From: an uncultured Gemmatimonadaceae bacterium
GTDB taxonomy: Bacteria > Gemmatimonadota > Gemmatimonadetes > Gemmatimonadales > Gemmatimonadaceae
Length of the DNA: 64,000 nucleotides
Assembly: GCA_963740355.1 (NCBI GenBank)
Contig: CAVUDW010000002.1
Span: forward strand, 896,001-960,000
Reading direction: 5' to 3'
This document shows, piece after piece, positions 21,528 to 32,111 of the stretch; within the stretch, counting starts at the first letter, position 1; each line of letters opens with the position of its first letter. The position numbers and the translations under genes were made by a program. The notes below the pieces were generated by a model. The model ran no database searches. It was not told the DNA's origin and was given only the letters and a program-made list of their open reading frames with translations.

Positions 21528-22570
21528 GCGCGGGCGCACTGCGATCGCGTACGATCGAGCGCCCGCTGGCGCGCCCTCGGTATCGCGAAGTGGTGGCGGC
21601 AACGCGCGCTGCCGTGCGTGCACTCGTGGCCTGCCTGCTGTGCGTGGCACTCGATCCACAGCGCGCTGTGGCGCAGCCGTCGCCGCCGCGTGCGGGGTGG
21701 CGGCTGGTGTGGCAGGATGAGTTCAACGGCACCGCGATCGACACCACCAAGTGGAGCTTCGACCTCGGCAACGGCTTCACGACCGACAGTGGCGCAACGT
21801 TCGTCAGCGGCTGGGGCAACAACGAGCTGCAGTGCTACACGCGCGATACCGCGAACGCGTTCGTGTCCGCGGGCCGATTGCACATTCGCGCGCTCCGCTC
21901 GACTGGCGAGGGATGTCCATTCACGTCGGCGCGGCTCACGACGCGTGGTGCAAATGGGCGCGCGCTGTTTGCACAGCGATACGGGCGGTTCGAGTTTCGC
22001 GCTCGCCTTCCGCTCGGTCGCGGCCTCTGGCCTGGGCTCTGGATGCTGCCGCAGGACAACGCGTATGGCACGTGGGCGGCATCTGGTGAAATCGATGTCA
22101 TGGAGGCGCGCGGTCAAACACCCTCGACCGTGCTTGGCACGCTGCACTATGGCGCGCGCTATCCGCACAACGCCTTCACCAGCGCGGATTACGTCCTGCC
22201 GCGCGGTGGCAGCATTGCGGACTTCCACCTGTATGCCGTGGAATGGGAGCCGGGCCGGATTCGATGGTCGGTGGATGGCGTGCTGTACCAGACGCAGTCG
22301 TTTTGGTGGAGCAGCAGTGCTGAAGCAGGGCGGCAGGGTGTGCTGCCCACGTCGGAGGCGTCGCTGAATGCGTGGCCGGCGCCGTTCGACAAGCCGTTCT
22401 ACCTGCTGATGAATCTTGCGGTCGGCGGCAACTTCCTCGGGGCGCCGGACGCGACGACGCCATTCCCGGCCGCGATGGAAGTGGATTTCGTGCGGGTCTG
22501 GACGCGCCGGCGCGACGCGACGGATCTGGCTCCGCGTGGGGCAGGGATTCTGCCGTGGCAGCGGAAGTAA
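21524..22570 (+). CDS. Glycoside hydrolase family 16 (laminarinase-like beta-glucanase)
   Basis: GEIDVME catalytic motif, WGNNELQ, WPGLWM, PFDKPFYLLMNLAVGG. Confidence 0.9.
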   Translation: MSAGALRSRTIERPLARPRYREVVAATRAAVRALVACLLCVALDPQRAVAQPSPPRAGWRLVWQDEFNGTAIDTTKWSFDLGNGFTTDSGATFVSGWGNNELQCYTRDTANAFVSAGRLHIRALRSTGEGCPFTSARLTTRGANGRALFAQRYGRFEFRARLPLGRGLWPGLWMLPQDNAYGTWAASGEIDVMEARGQTPSTVLGTLHYGARYPHNAFTSADYVLPRGGSIADFHLYAVEWEPGRIRWSVDGVLYQTQSFWWSSSAEAGRQGVLPTSEASLNAWPAPFDKPFYLLMNLAVGGNFLGAPDATTPFPAAMEVDFVRVWTRRRDATDLAPRGAGILPWQRK

Positions 22571-22740
22571 TCGCGGCCCTTTTCGCTGAAAAACCGTAGA
22601 AACTCCGACGAAAGAGTTTTTAAGCGGTTACAGCGTATGTGTTCGAGGCTTGATTCGGGCTTCAGTAACCCAAAGCCAGTGGTGTCAGTGGTTTACGGGC
22701 GATGTCCGGTACATCGAGGGGTGGTGCCGGCCGGCGTAAC

Positions 22741-22784
22741 TGTCAATAAAAGTTGACACTCGAAGTTGACAACAAAGCTTGACA
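22741..22784. promoter_or_regulatory. Tandem PpsR/CrtJ operator sites in the puc promoter
   Basis: TGT-CAATAAAAGTTG-ACA (22741-22758, perfect TGT-N12-ACA), 8-bp gap, TGA-CAACAAAGCTTG-ACA (22767-22784, one mismatch). Confidence 0.8.
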
Positions 22785-22806
22785 CCAACGATCCCGGGCG
22801 CAGAAT
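22779..22806 (+). promoter_or_regulatory. Putative sigma70 promoter of pucBAC
   Basis: TTGACA (22779-22784), 16-bp spacer, CAGAAT (22801-22806); overlaps the second PpsR box. Confidence 0.45.
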
Positions 22807-22936
22807 AGGTCTGTGATTCCGAGTTGCAGAAACACGAGCTAAGCGGAGATCACGTAGCACGGTGCATGGCTACTCGAGCCATGGTCCCCCAACGTGCGGG
22901 TCAAGCACGGTTGTTCATTGCTCCAGGAGAATCGTT

Positions 22937-23095
22937 ATGGCTGATAACGATCCAAACCGCGTCTGGCCGTCAGGCCTGACCACGCGGGAAGCTGAGGAGT
23001 TGCACGACGGTTTGAAGCAGGGCACGCGCATCTTCGGTGCGATCGCGATTGTGGCTCACATCCTCGCGTTCATCAATACTCCCTGGCTTCACTAG
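22937..23095 (+). CDS. pucB: Light-harvesting complex LH2 beta polypeptide (52 aa)
   Basis: MADNDPNRVWPSGLTTREAEELH...GTRIFGAIAIVAHILAFINTPWLH; BChl His41, Arg at -10, PWL end; AGGAGA RBS. Confidence 0.93.
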   Translation: MADNDPNRVWPSGLTTREAEELHDGLKQGTRIFGAIAIVAHILAFINTPWLH

Positions 23096-23107
23096 AGGGC
23101 TACACAC

Positions 23108-23341
23108 ATGAACGAAGGAAAAATCTGGACCGTCGTGAAGCCGTCCGTTGGCGTGCCGCTGTTCCTTGGTGGCGTGACGGTGATTGCACTGCTCGTCCAC
23201 GGTGCACTGTTGCTGAAGACTGACTGGTTCGGCGCCTACTGGAACGGTGGCCCGAAGGCTGTGGCAACCGCCACGGTATCGGCACCGGTGCAGACGGCAC
23301 CTGCGGCCGCGACTCCGACTGCGGCGCCAACCACGCCGTAA
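23108..23341 (+). CDS. pucA: Light-harvesting complex LH2 alpha polypeptide (77 aa)
   Basis: [17 protein letters not shown]...H31...W40..Y44W45 followed by an Ala/Pro/Thr-rich tail. Confidence 0.93.
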   Translation: MNEGKIWTVVKPSVGVPLFLGGVTVIALLVHGALLLKTDWFGAYWNGGPKAVATATVSAPVQTAPAAATPTAAPTTP

Positions 23342-23367
23342 TGGCGTTGCTGGTCCGCGAGTCTTGC

Positions 23368-23397
23368 TAGGGGCCGGGATACCAATCCCGGCCCCTA
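23368..23397 (+). terminator. pucA-pucC intercistronic stem-loop (attenuator or mRNA stability element)
   Basis: Perfect 13-bp stem TAGGGGCCGGGAT-ACCA-ATCCCGGCCCCTA, no U-tract. Confidence 0.7.
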
Positions 23398-23466
23398 CGT
23401 CGCTGGCGGCGAGCACAACGCGGGACAAGTTTGGTCCACGCACTTCGCCCCCCATGCCCTGACCCG

Positions 23467-24870
23467 ATGAATCTCAACCGGAAGCTCGTACAGACGTGGG
23501 CCGAACTGGGGCCGCGCTTCCTGCCGTTTGCCGATGTCGCCACCAAGGAGTTGCCGCTCTCGCGCCTCCTCCGCCTGTCGTTGTTTCAGGTGTCGGTCGG
23601 CATGGCGTCGGTGCTCCTCATCGGTACGCTCAATCGCGTCATGATCGTCGAGCTTGGCGTGCCGGCGTCGCTGGTGGCGATCATGATCTCGTTGCCGTTG
23701 ATCGCGGCGCCCTTTCGCGCGCTGATCGGGTTCCGCTCCGACACCCATGTCTCGGCGCTGGGCTGGCGGCGCGTGCCGTACATCTGGAAGGGCACGATGC
23801 TGCAGTTCGGCGGCCTCGCGATCATGCCGTTCGCGCTCCTCGTCGTCTCGGGCGGGAACGGCCTTGGCGCTCCGGACTGGATTGGCCAACTGGGTGCCGG
23901 CCTCGCCTTCCTGCTGGTGGGCGCTGGACTGCACACGGTGCAAACCGTTGGCCTCGCGCTGGCGACGGACCTGGTGGCGGAAGAGCAGCAGCCGAAAATC
24001 GTCGGACTGATGTACGTCATGCTGCTCGTGGGCATGATTGCCAGTGCGATCATCTTTGGCGCCCTGCTCTCGAACTTCACGCCGGCCAAGCTGATTCAGG
24101 TGATTCAGGGCGCTGCCGTGGTCACCATCGCGCTCAACATCATTGCGATGTGGAAGCAGGAGGCGCGCGATCCGAACAAGACGCGCGAAGGGCGCGAGGA
24201 ACCGAGCTTCCGCGAATCATGGGACAACTTCACGCAGGGTGAGGGCGCCATTCGACGGTTGATCGCCGTCGGTGTTGGCACGATGGCGTTCAGCATGCAG
24301 GACGTGTTGCTGGAGCCGTACGGCGGTCAAGTGCTGAACCTGACTGTCGCGTCGACCACGCGCCTGACGGCCACCTTGTCGCTCGGTGGGCTGATCGGTT
24401 TCCTGCTCGCGTCGCGTGTGCTGGGTCGGGGCGGCGATCCATTCAAGATGGCGTCGTACGGCGCGCTGGCGGGAATCCCCGGCTTCTCGTTCGTGATCTT
24501 CGCCGGGCCGCTGCATTCGGCACTAATCTTTTTCGCGGGTACCTTCCTGATCGGCTTCGGCGGCGGTCTGCTCAGCCACGGCACGCTGACGGCGACGATG
24601 AACCACGCGCCGGAGAAGCAGCGCGGGCTGGCGCTGGGCGCCTGGGGGGCCGTGCAGGCGTCGGCAGCGGGCATCGCTGTCGCCTTCGGCGGAATCGCCC
24701 GCGACGTGGTGAACGGCATGAGCGCACGCGACGTGTTCGGGCACGCGCTCTCCGGTCCTGCGACCGGCTATACGCTCGTCTACAGCCTCGAAGTCGTGCT
24801 GCTGGTGGTGACGCTGGCCGCGATGTTCCCGCTGATTCGCCGTCCAGTGACGGAACGCGTCACGGCCTGA
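23467..24870 (+). CDS. pucC: PucC / BCD-family MFS protein for light-harvesting complex assembly
   Basis: LPFADVAT...RLLRLSLFQVSVGM, TLNRVMIVEL, QDVLLEPYGG, GAWGAVQA; directly downstream of pucBA. Confidence 0.9.
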   Translation: MNLNRKLVQTWAELGPRFLPFADVATKELPLSRLLRLSLFQVSVGMASVLLIGTLNRVMIVELGVPASLVAIMISLPLIAAPFRALIGFRSDTHVSALGWRRVPYIWKGTMLQFGGLAIMPFALLVVSGGNGLGAPDWIGQLGAGLAFLLVGAGLHTVQTVGLALATDLVAEEQQPKIVGLMYVMLLVGMIASAIIFGALLSNFTPAKLIQVIQGAAVVTIALNIIAMWKQEARDPNKTREGREEPSFRESWDNFTQGEGAIRRLIAVGVGTMAFSMQDVLLEPYGGQVLNLTVASTTRLTATLSLGGLIGFLLASRVLGRGGDPFKMASYGALAGIPGFSFVIFAGPLHSALIFFAGTFLIGFGGGLLSHGTLTATMNHAPEKQRGLALGAWGAVQASAAGIAVAFGGIARDVVNGMSARDVFGHALSGPATGYTLVYSLEVVLLVVTLAAMFPLIRRPVTERVTA

Positions 24871-24939
24871 CGCCTCGCGCAGCGAAGGCGACTCGCCCGA
24901 GCCGTGATCGACCGCGTGCGCGCAGGGTGCAGGACAAGA

Positions 24940-24971
24940 ATCGGGCGGCCACCAGTGGGTGACCGCCCGAT
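24940..24971. terminator. Hairpin between convergent pucC and gyrB
   Basis: ATCGGGCGG...CCGCCCGAT stem with inner CACC/GGTG. Confidence 0.5.
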
Positions 24972-25000
24972 CAGGTTACAGCCGGCTGGCTCGCGTCAGG

Positions 25001-27025
<2,025 letters not shown>

Positions 27026-27311
27026 TCAAAAACCGCGGCACAAGCCAGTGCCGATACAGGCGCATAAGTCGTTGCTGTACAACGCTTTATGGAATGTGTC
27101 CGGCCGAGTAGCCGCGCGGCGGAATTCGATGATGCTGGCGCGACAATGGCTTGATAATTCTGGTCGCTCCGAGCCCGCTGCGTCGCTGGCGGCGTTGCCG
27201 CATGCCGGCCAGCCAGCTGACCGGTAGCGCGGCAGCAGCCGTTTCCGACCCGCGCTGCACCGGCCTTTGGGCTCAACTCTCCCGGTCGGTACGCCGACCC
27301 TCACAGGGACA

Positions 27312-30104
27312 ATGGCTCTCCCACCCACGCCCCCGTGGTCGGCGTCCGATGTCGCTCCCATCAGCCCACCCGCGATGGCGTGCGATGCCGACCCCGACCA
27401 GAGCAACGCGTTCGTTCGTCGACTGACCGCAGCGGTTGGAATGGCGGGCGTCGCGGGCGTGGGGATGGCCCTCGCCGCCGGCGCGGCGCCGCTGCCCGAG
27501 GCCGGAGGACGGGTCCTCGCGCTGACGGCCGTCGCGCTCTGCATCGCCGCCGCCGCCGTGCCGGTCGGCCTGCTGATTCAGGATCTCCGCGTGGATGCGG
27601 GCGTTCGGAGCTCGTGGCTGTTGATCGCAATCGGCGTCATGCTGCTGGCGCTGGGCCACCTGGCAGGCATGCAGCGACTCGGATCGGCCAACCCGATGGC
27701 GGCGCCACTCGATCTCGCGTTCCACCCCGTCCTGTTTCTCGCGATCGCAACCCTGCCGTGCGGGATGCGGACGGCGAGTGAGCGGTTCCGGGTCTTGCTC
27801 GACGTCTTCATCACCGCCGGTGCCGCCACGGCGCTGACCGTGGCCCTGCTCGCCGGCGGATTTCACACCGCGGAGGCCGTCGCCCCCGGCGTGCAGCCGA
27901 TCGTGGCCATCGTGGCCGACGCGGTCCTCGTCGCAGCGGTCGCAATGCTCTGGCTGCGCGGCATGGTGTCGACGTGGCGTGATCCGCTCGCACCGCTGGC
28001 GGCCGCGTGTCTCCTGCACCTCGCGCTGCAACTGGCGTCCGGACTGTCGGAGGCGGCGTCGGTGCAGCAGGCGATTCAGGCGTTGGCCCTGCTGCCGTTT
28101 CCACTCATCGGCCTGGCCGCGATTCGCCAGCGCGCGAGACTGCGCACAGGCCAGCTGTTCTGCGGGCGCCCGCGTCGGTTGTCGCTGCTCCCCACGCTGG
28201 CTGCGGCCGCGCTCCTGCTGGTGCTCCTGCTGGGCGTGATGGTGGGACGCGGCATGGGAGCAGGGGTGCTCGTGGCCGCTGCGCTGGTCAGCCTTGGCGC
28301 GCTATTGCGGCAGGTGCTTGGCATTCGCGACGAAATCGGTGCACGCGAACAGAGTGCACTCGAACAGGCGGATCGCCGGCTCGCGGCGCTGGTGCGGCAG
28401 GGCAGCGACATGCTGACGATCCTCGACGCCAACACCGAAGTGCGGTACGCCAGTCCATCGCATCTGCAGGTCATGGGCATTCCACCAGAGATGCTCGTAG
28501 GGCGGCGCATGGCGGACCAGATCCATCGCGATGACTTCCCCGCGGCGGAGCAGGGGTTTGCGCGGCTGCTGAGCGGAGACTCGATGCGCGAGGCACTGGT
28601 GGTGCGACTGCGCGACTCCACCGGAGCATGGCGCTGGGTGGAAGCCGTGGGGACGAATCTCTTCAATGAGCCGACGGTTGGTGGGCTGGTGCTCAACAGT
28701 CGCGACATCACGGATCGCAAGCAGCTCGAGGCACAGCTGATCGAGCAAGCGCTGCGGGATCCGCTGACGGGGCTTGGGAATCGGCGGCTGTTCGCGGATC
28801 GTGTTTCGCACGCCCTCGATCGACGGCTCCGTCGCAGGACGCAGGTCGCGCTGCTGCTGCTCGACCTCGACCACTTCAAGTTCGTGAACGACACGCTCGG
28901 CCACGCCAAGGGGGATGCGTTGCTGGTGGGTGTCTCCGAGCGCTTGCTGGCCGTGCTGCGAACTGGCGACACGGTGGCGCGGCTTGGCGGTGACGAGTTC
29001 GCCGTGCTGCTCGAGGATCTCGCCTGTGACGAGGAGGCCGATGCCACCGCACTGCGCATCCAGCACGCCCTCGAACGGCCGTTCCGCCTCGACGAACGTG
29101 AAGTGTTCGTGCGCGCCAGCATCGGCATTGCCTGGGCGACGGACGGGCAGGATGTCGATTCGTTGCTCACCGACGCTGACGTGGCGATGTATGGCGCAAA
29201 GAATTCCGGGCGCGGTCGCGTGGAGCGTTATTCGAGCGAGATGCGTGCCCGCGTCGCCGAGCGGCTCGATCTCGAGGCCGACCTGCGCTTCGCCCTCGAA
29301 CGTGGTGAGCTCGATCTCGTCTACCAGCCCGTCGTCGACCTGCGCACAGGGTGCGTGAGCGGGGCTGAGGCACTGATCCGGTGGACACATCCGGAACACG
29401 GCATGATCCTGCCAGGCCGCTTCATTCCAGTGGCGGAGGAGTCGGAGCTGATCATCGACATCGGCCGGTTCGTGATCAGGCGCGCGGCCATGGACGCGGC
29501 ACGGTTCCGAGCGGCTTGCCCGATGACGGCACGGTTGCGTGTCGCCGTCAACCTCTCGGCGCGTCACCTGTTGTCGCCGGACCTCGTTGACGACGTCACG
29601 AAGGCGATGGACGCGGCGGGCATCGTCGGCTCGGCGATGGCCGTGGAATTGACAGAGTCGGTGCTGGCGTCGAATGAGCCCGTGGTGGCCGGCCGCCTGC
29701 AGGGCCTGCGCGATCTTGGGCTGCGGATTGCGCTCGACGATTTCGGCACCGGGTACTCATCGCTCGCGTACTTGCGTCGCTTCCCGATCGATGTCCTCAA
29801 GGTGGACCGAAGCTTCGTGTCGTTCGGCCAGAGCGACTCGGCGAACGACGGCGTGACGAAGGCGATCGTGTCGATCGGGCAGAGCCTCGGCATGCGTACC
29901 ATTGCGGAGGGTGTCGAGACGCACGAACAGCTGGAGCGATTGTGGAACATCGGCTGCTCACTCGGGCAGGGCTATCTCTTCTCGCGTCCCGTAGATCGGG
30001 AAACGTTTGCGGCGCTGATGGTGGCCTGGGATCCGAGCGAGTACTGCGCCGACCCGACGCGCGATCGCCGCGAGAATGCGTCGAGCGTGGAAGCGGTGAC
30101 CTGA
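27312..30104 (+). CDS. Membrane-bound PAS-GGDEF-EAL diguanylate cyclase/phosphodiesterase
   Basis: Multi-TM N-terminus, PAS ending RDIT, RTGD I-site, GGDEF, EAL, DDFGTGYSS. Confidence 0.92.
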   Translation: MALPPTPPWSASDVAPISPPAMACDADPDQSNAFVRRLTAAVGMAGVAGVGMALAAGAAPLPEAGGRVLALTAVALCIAAAAVPVGLLIQDLRVDAGVRSSWLLIAIGVMLLALGHLAGMQRLGSANPMAAPLDLAFHPVLFLAIATLPCGMRTASERFRVLLDVFITAGAATALTVALLAGGFHTAEAVAPGVQPIVAIVADAVLVAAVAMLWLRGMVSTWRDPLAPLAAACLLHLALQLASGLSEAASVQQAIQALALLPFPLIGLAAIRQRARLRTGQLFCGRPRRLSLLPTLAAAALLLVLLLGVMVGRGMGAGVLVAAALVSLGALLRQVLGIRDEIGAREQSALEQADRRLAALVRQGSDMLTILDANTEVRYASPSHLQVMGIPPEMLVGRRMADQIHRDDFPAAEQGFARLLSGDSMREALVVRLRDSTGAWRWVEAVGTNLFNEPTVGGLVLNSRDITDRKQLEAQLIEQALRDPLTGLGNRRLFADRVSHALDRRLRRRTQVALLLLDLDHFKFVNDTLGHAKGDALLVGVSERLLAVLRTGDTVARLGGDEFAVLLEDLACDEEADATALRIQHALERPFRLDEREVFVRASIGIAWATDGQDVDSLLTDADVAMYGAKNSGRGRVERYSSEMRARVAERLDLEADLRFALERGELDLVYQPVVDLRTGCVSGAEALIRWTHPEHGMILPGRFIPVAEESELIIDIGRFVIRRAAMDAARFRAACPMTARLRVAVNLSARHLLSPDLVDDVTKAMDAAGIVGSAMAVELTESVLASNEPVVAGRLQGLRDLGLRIALDDFGTGYSSLAYLRRFPIDVLKVDRSFVSFGQSDSANDGVTKAIVSIGQSLGMRTIAEGVETHEQLERLWNIGCSLGQGYLFSRPVDRETFAALMVAWDPSEYCADPTRDRRENASSVEAVT

Positions 30105-30120
30105 CGGTCGCCTGTCGGAT

Positions 30121-30615
30121 TCAGCGCGACTGGTCCATCACCAGCGTGAGTTCCATGTAGACGTCGGCAGTCACATAGCCGAAGCCCTCCGGACAGGGCC
30201 GGTCCTCGAACCCGAGGCTACGATAAAGCGTGAGGGCTGGGACGAGTCGCGAGTTCGACGTCAGCACGACCTTGCTGGCACCGTGAGCGCGGGCATAGTC
30301 GATCACGCACACCGCCAGTCGTCGGCCCAACCCGCGACCCTTCGCGTCCGGCGACACACCAACTTTCGCCAGCTCGAACACCTCGGCGTCGAGCCGGATC
30401 GCAGCGGCAGTGCCCAGAACCCGCCCATTCTCGATGGCGAAGAAGATTTCGCCTCCCGGATCGACGATCGTCGCGCGCGGCGCGACCAGATAGGTCTCAT
30501 CCGCGGGTTCCAGAAAACCACCTTCCACGAGCCAAGCACGATTGAGCTGGTCGAAGGCGCCGGCGAGGTCGTCCTGAAATGGGGCGATCCGGAGGGAGTT
30601 GGCGGGTGTCGTCAC
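30121..30615 (-). CDS. GNAT-family acetyltransferase
   Basis: ELAKVGV, KGRGLGR, ALTLYRSLGF. Confidence 0.85.
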   Translation of the reverse strand: MTTPANSLRIAPFQDDLAGAFDQLNRAWLVEGGFLEPADETYLVAPRATIVDPGGEIFFAIENGRVLGTAAAIRLDAEVFELAKVGVSPDAKGRGLGRRLAVCVIDYARAHGASKVVLTSNSRLVPALTLYRSLGFEDRPCPEGFGYVTADVYMELTLVMDQSR

Positions 30616-30633
30616 ACGCGCAGAGATAACGCA

Positions 30634-30670
30634 ACGGGCCCGGTCGCGCAGGAAACGCGACCGGGCCCGT
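30634..30670 (-). terminator. Stem-loop downstream of the YidB-like gene
   Basis: Perfect 15-bp stem ACGGGCCCGGTCGCG-CAGGAAA-CGCGACCGGGCCCGT. Confidence 0.65.
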
Positions 30671-30687
30671 GAACGATGCTGTGCTGA

Positions 30688-31044
30688 CTACTTCGCCGGC
30701 GGCAACGTGCCGTCAGGCGTGGCCGCGTCGATGGCCTGCGGCAGCATCGCCGCCAACTTGTCGGCCGCGTGCGCGGGATCGATGCCAAGCTTGGTCGCGA
30801 TGGCCGTCACATGTTCGTTGCCAAGCGCCGCCCGCACCTGGTCGGCCGTGATCGGCAGATTCTTCGTGCCCGCCGCGATCCACGAGTTCACCGTCTCGGC
30901 CATGCCACTGGCGCGGAACTTGTCCACCACGCCCTGCAACCCGCCGTGCTCTGGATCGTTGATCGCTCCCATCGCCTTGTCGACATATCCGTCAGCGGCG
31001 TCGGGGAGGATGTCCTTCAGTGACTTTGCCAGGCCTTCGAGCAT
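30688..31044 (-). CDS. YidB/DUF937-family protein
   Basis: GGLQGVVDKF...VNSWI..G.NLPIT..Q...ALG...LPQAID..TPDG pattern; GAGG RBS. Confidence 0.85.
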   Translation of the reverse strand: MLEGLAKSLKDILPDAADGYVDKAMGAINDPEHGGLQGVVDKFRASGMAETVNSWIAAGTKNLPITADQVRAALGNEHVTAIATKLGIDPAHAADKLAAMLPQAIDAATPDGTLPPAK

Positions 31045-31144
31045 GATGGAATTCCTCGTGAAAGTGGGAGCCGCGGCGGTGCGCACTAGAAAATTCTAAT
31101 CTAGTCGGTGTGGGTTGCAGACGCACACGGGGACTGAACGGTGC

Positions 31145-31603
31145 TTAATGCCAGGTCTTTACGCCACCGTGCCGCGCACAGGCGCCGCCGCGCTGGGCAC
31201 CTTTCCACTCTGATCCATCCGTACAGGTGGCTGAAACACCGGCGGCTGGTGCTGCAGCGCGGGCGATGAAGCGCCCGCGGGCATCACGTGCCGGGGCTGG
31301 CTTGGCCGTCGGCGCGGCGGCCTTGGCGACGGTAGCCGGCGGGGTCACCGCGGCGGGACGGGTGGCTGCGGCCGCGGCGGTAGCCGGAGCGACGATGGCG
31401 GGAGCAGCGGGCTTGGCCGCCGTCGCCGTCGCCGGCGTCGTGATGGCGTGCGTCGCGGGGGCCGGCTTGGTGACCGGCTTCGCTGCAGCGTGGGTGGCTG
31501 GGGCGTGCGTTGCCGGGGCGGCCGTCGCCTGAGCGTGCGCGCCGAGTGGCACCAACAACAGGGCGGCAAACGTGGAGAGCCTGCGGGTGATGGAGCGATA
31601 CAT
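31145..31603 (-). CDS. Secreted Ala/Pro/Thr-rich protein with C-terminal DUF3761-like domain
   Basis: Signal peptide (AHA-Q), low-complexity linker, C-terminal ATCTDG...GACARHGGV. Confidence 0.7.
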   Translation of the reverse strand: MYRSITRRLSTFAALLLVPLGAHAQATAAPATHAPATHAAAKPVTKPAPATHAITTPATATAAKPAAPAIVAPATAAAAATRPAAVTPPATVAKAAAPTAKPAPARDARGRFIARAAAPAAGVSATCTDGSEWKGAQRGGACARHGGVKTWH

Positions 31604-31801
31604 GTGAACTCCCGTGTGTGTGGTATCGACTGCCGGTTGCGCCGACGTCTCGTCGGGCGCGCGCTGATACACGTGGAAACGCACTGCGTTCAGCGCGTCG
31701 GACCCTTTGTCAATGTGCTATCGTGATGTGAAGAAAGCAGTCGCATCAACGTCATTTCACGATGCTGCGTGATCGTGATCACCTTCGCTTTGGAGCTGTT
31801 C

Positions 31802-32098
31802 ATGTTCGTCCATGCCGTCTATTTCTCGTTGCGCGCCGACTTGCCCGCCGCCGATCTCGCAACCTTTCTTGCGTGGCAGCCGAAGCTCTGTGCGTTGCCG
31901 AGTGTGCACGCCGGGTATCACGGTGTGCCGGCAGCGACGGATCGTCCAGTCATCGACCGTGCGTACACACACGCGCTCGTGTTGCTGTTCGCGGACGCGG
32001 CGGCAGAGGAGGCGTATCAGGTGCATCCGGAACACGACAAGTTTCGCGCCGAGTGCGGCACGTTCTGGGACCGCGTCCGGATTTTCGACTCCGTCTGA
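31802..32098 (+). CDS. Dabb-family (stress-responsive A/B barrel) protein
   Basis: MFVHAVYF start after GGAG RBS; YQVHPEH motif. Confidence 0.8.
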   Translation: MFVHAVYFSLRADLPAADLATFLAWQPKLCALPSVHAGYHGVPAATDRPVIDRAYTHALVLLFADAAAEEAYQVHPEHDKFRAECGTFWDRVRIFDSV

Positions 32099-32111
32099 CA
32101 GTGCGGTCGAA

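Noticed and set aside
22640..22670. Possible FNR box upstream of puc (TTGAT half-site)
   Set aside because: The second half-site ATCAA is absent (TTGAT-TCGG-GCTTC).
22862..22936. 25-codon N-terminal extension of pucB in the ORF track
   Set aside because: A strong AGGAGA RBS precedes ATG 22937, and LH2 beta chains begin there.
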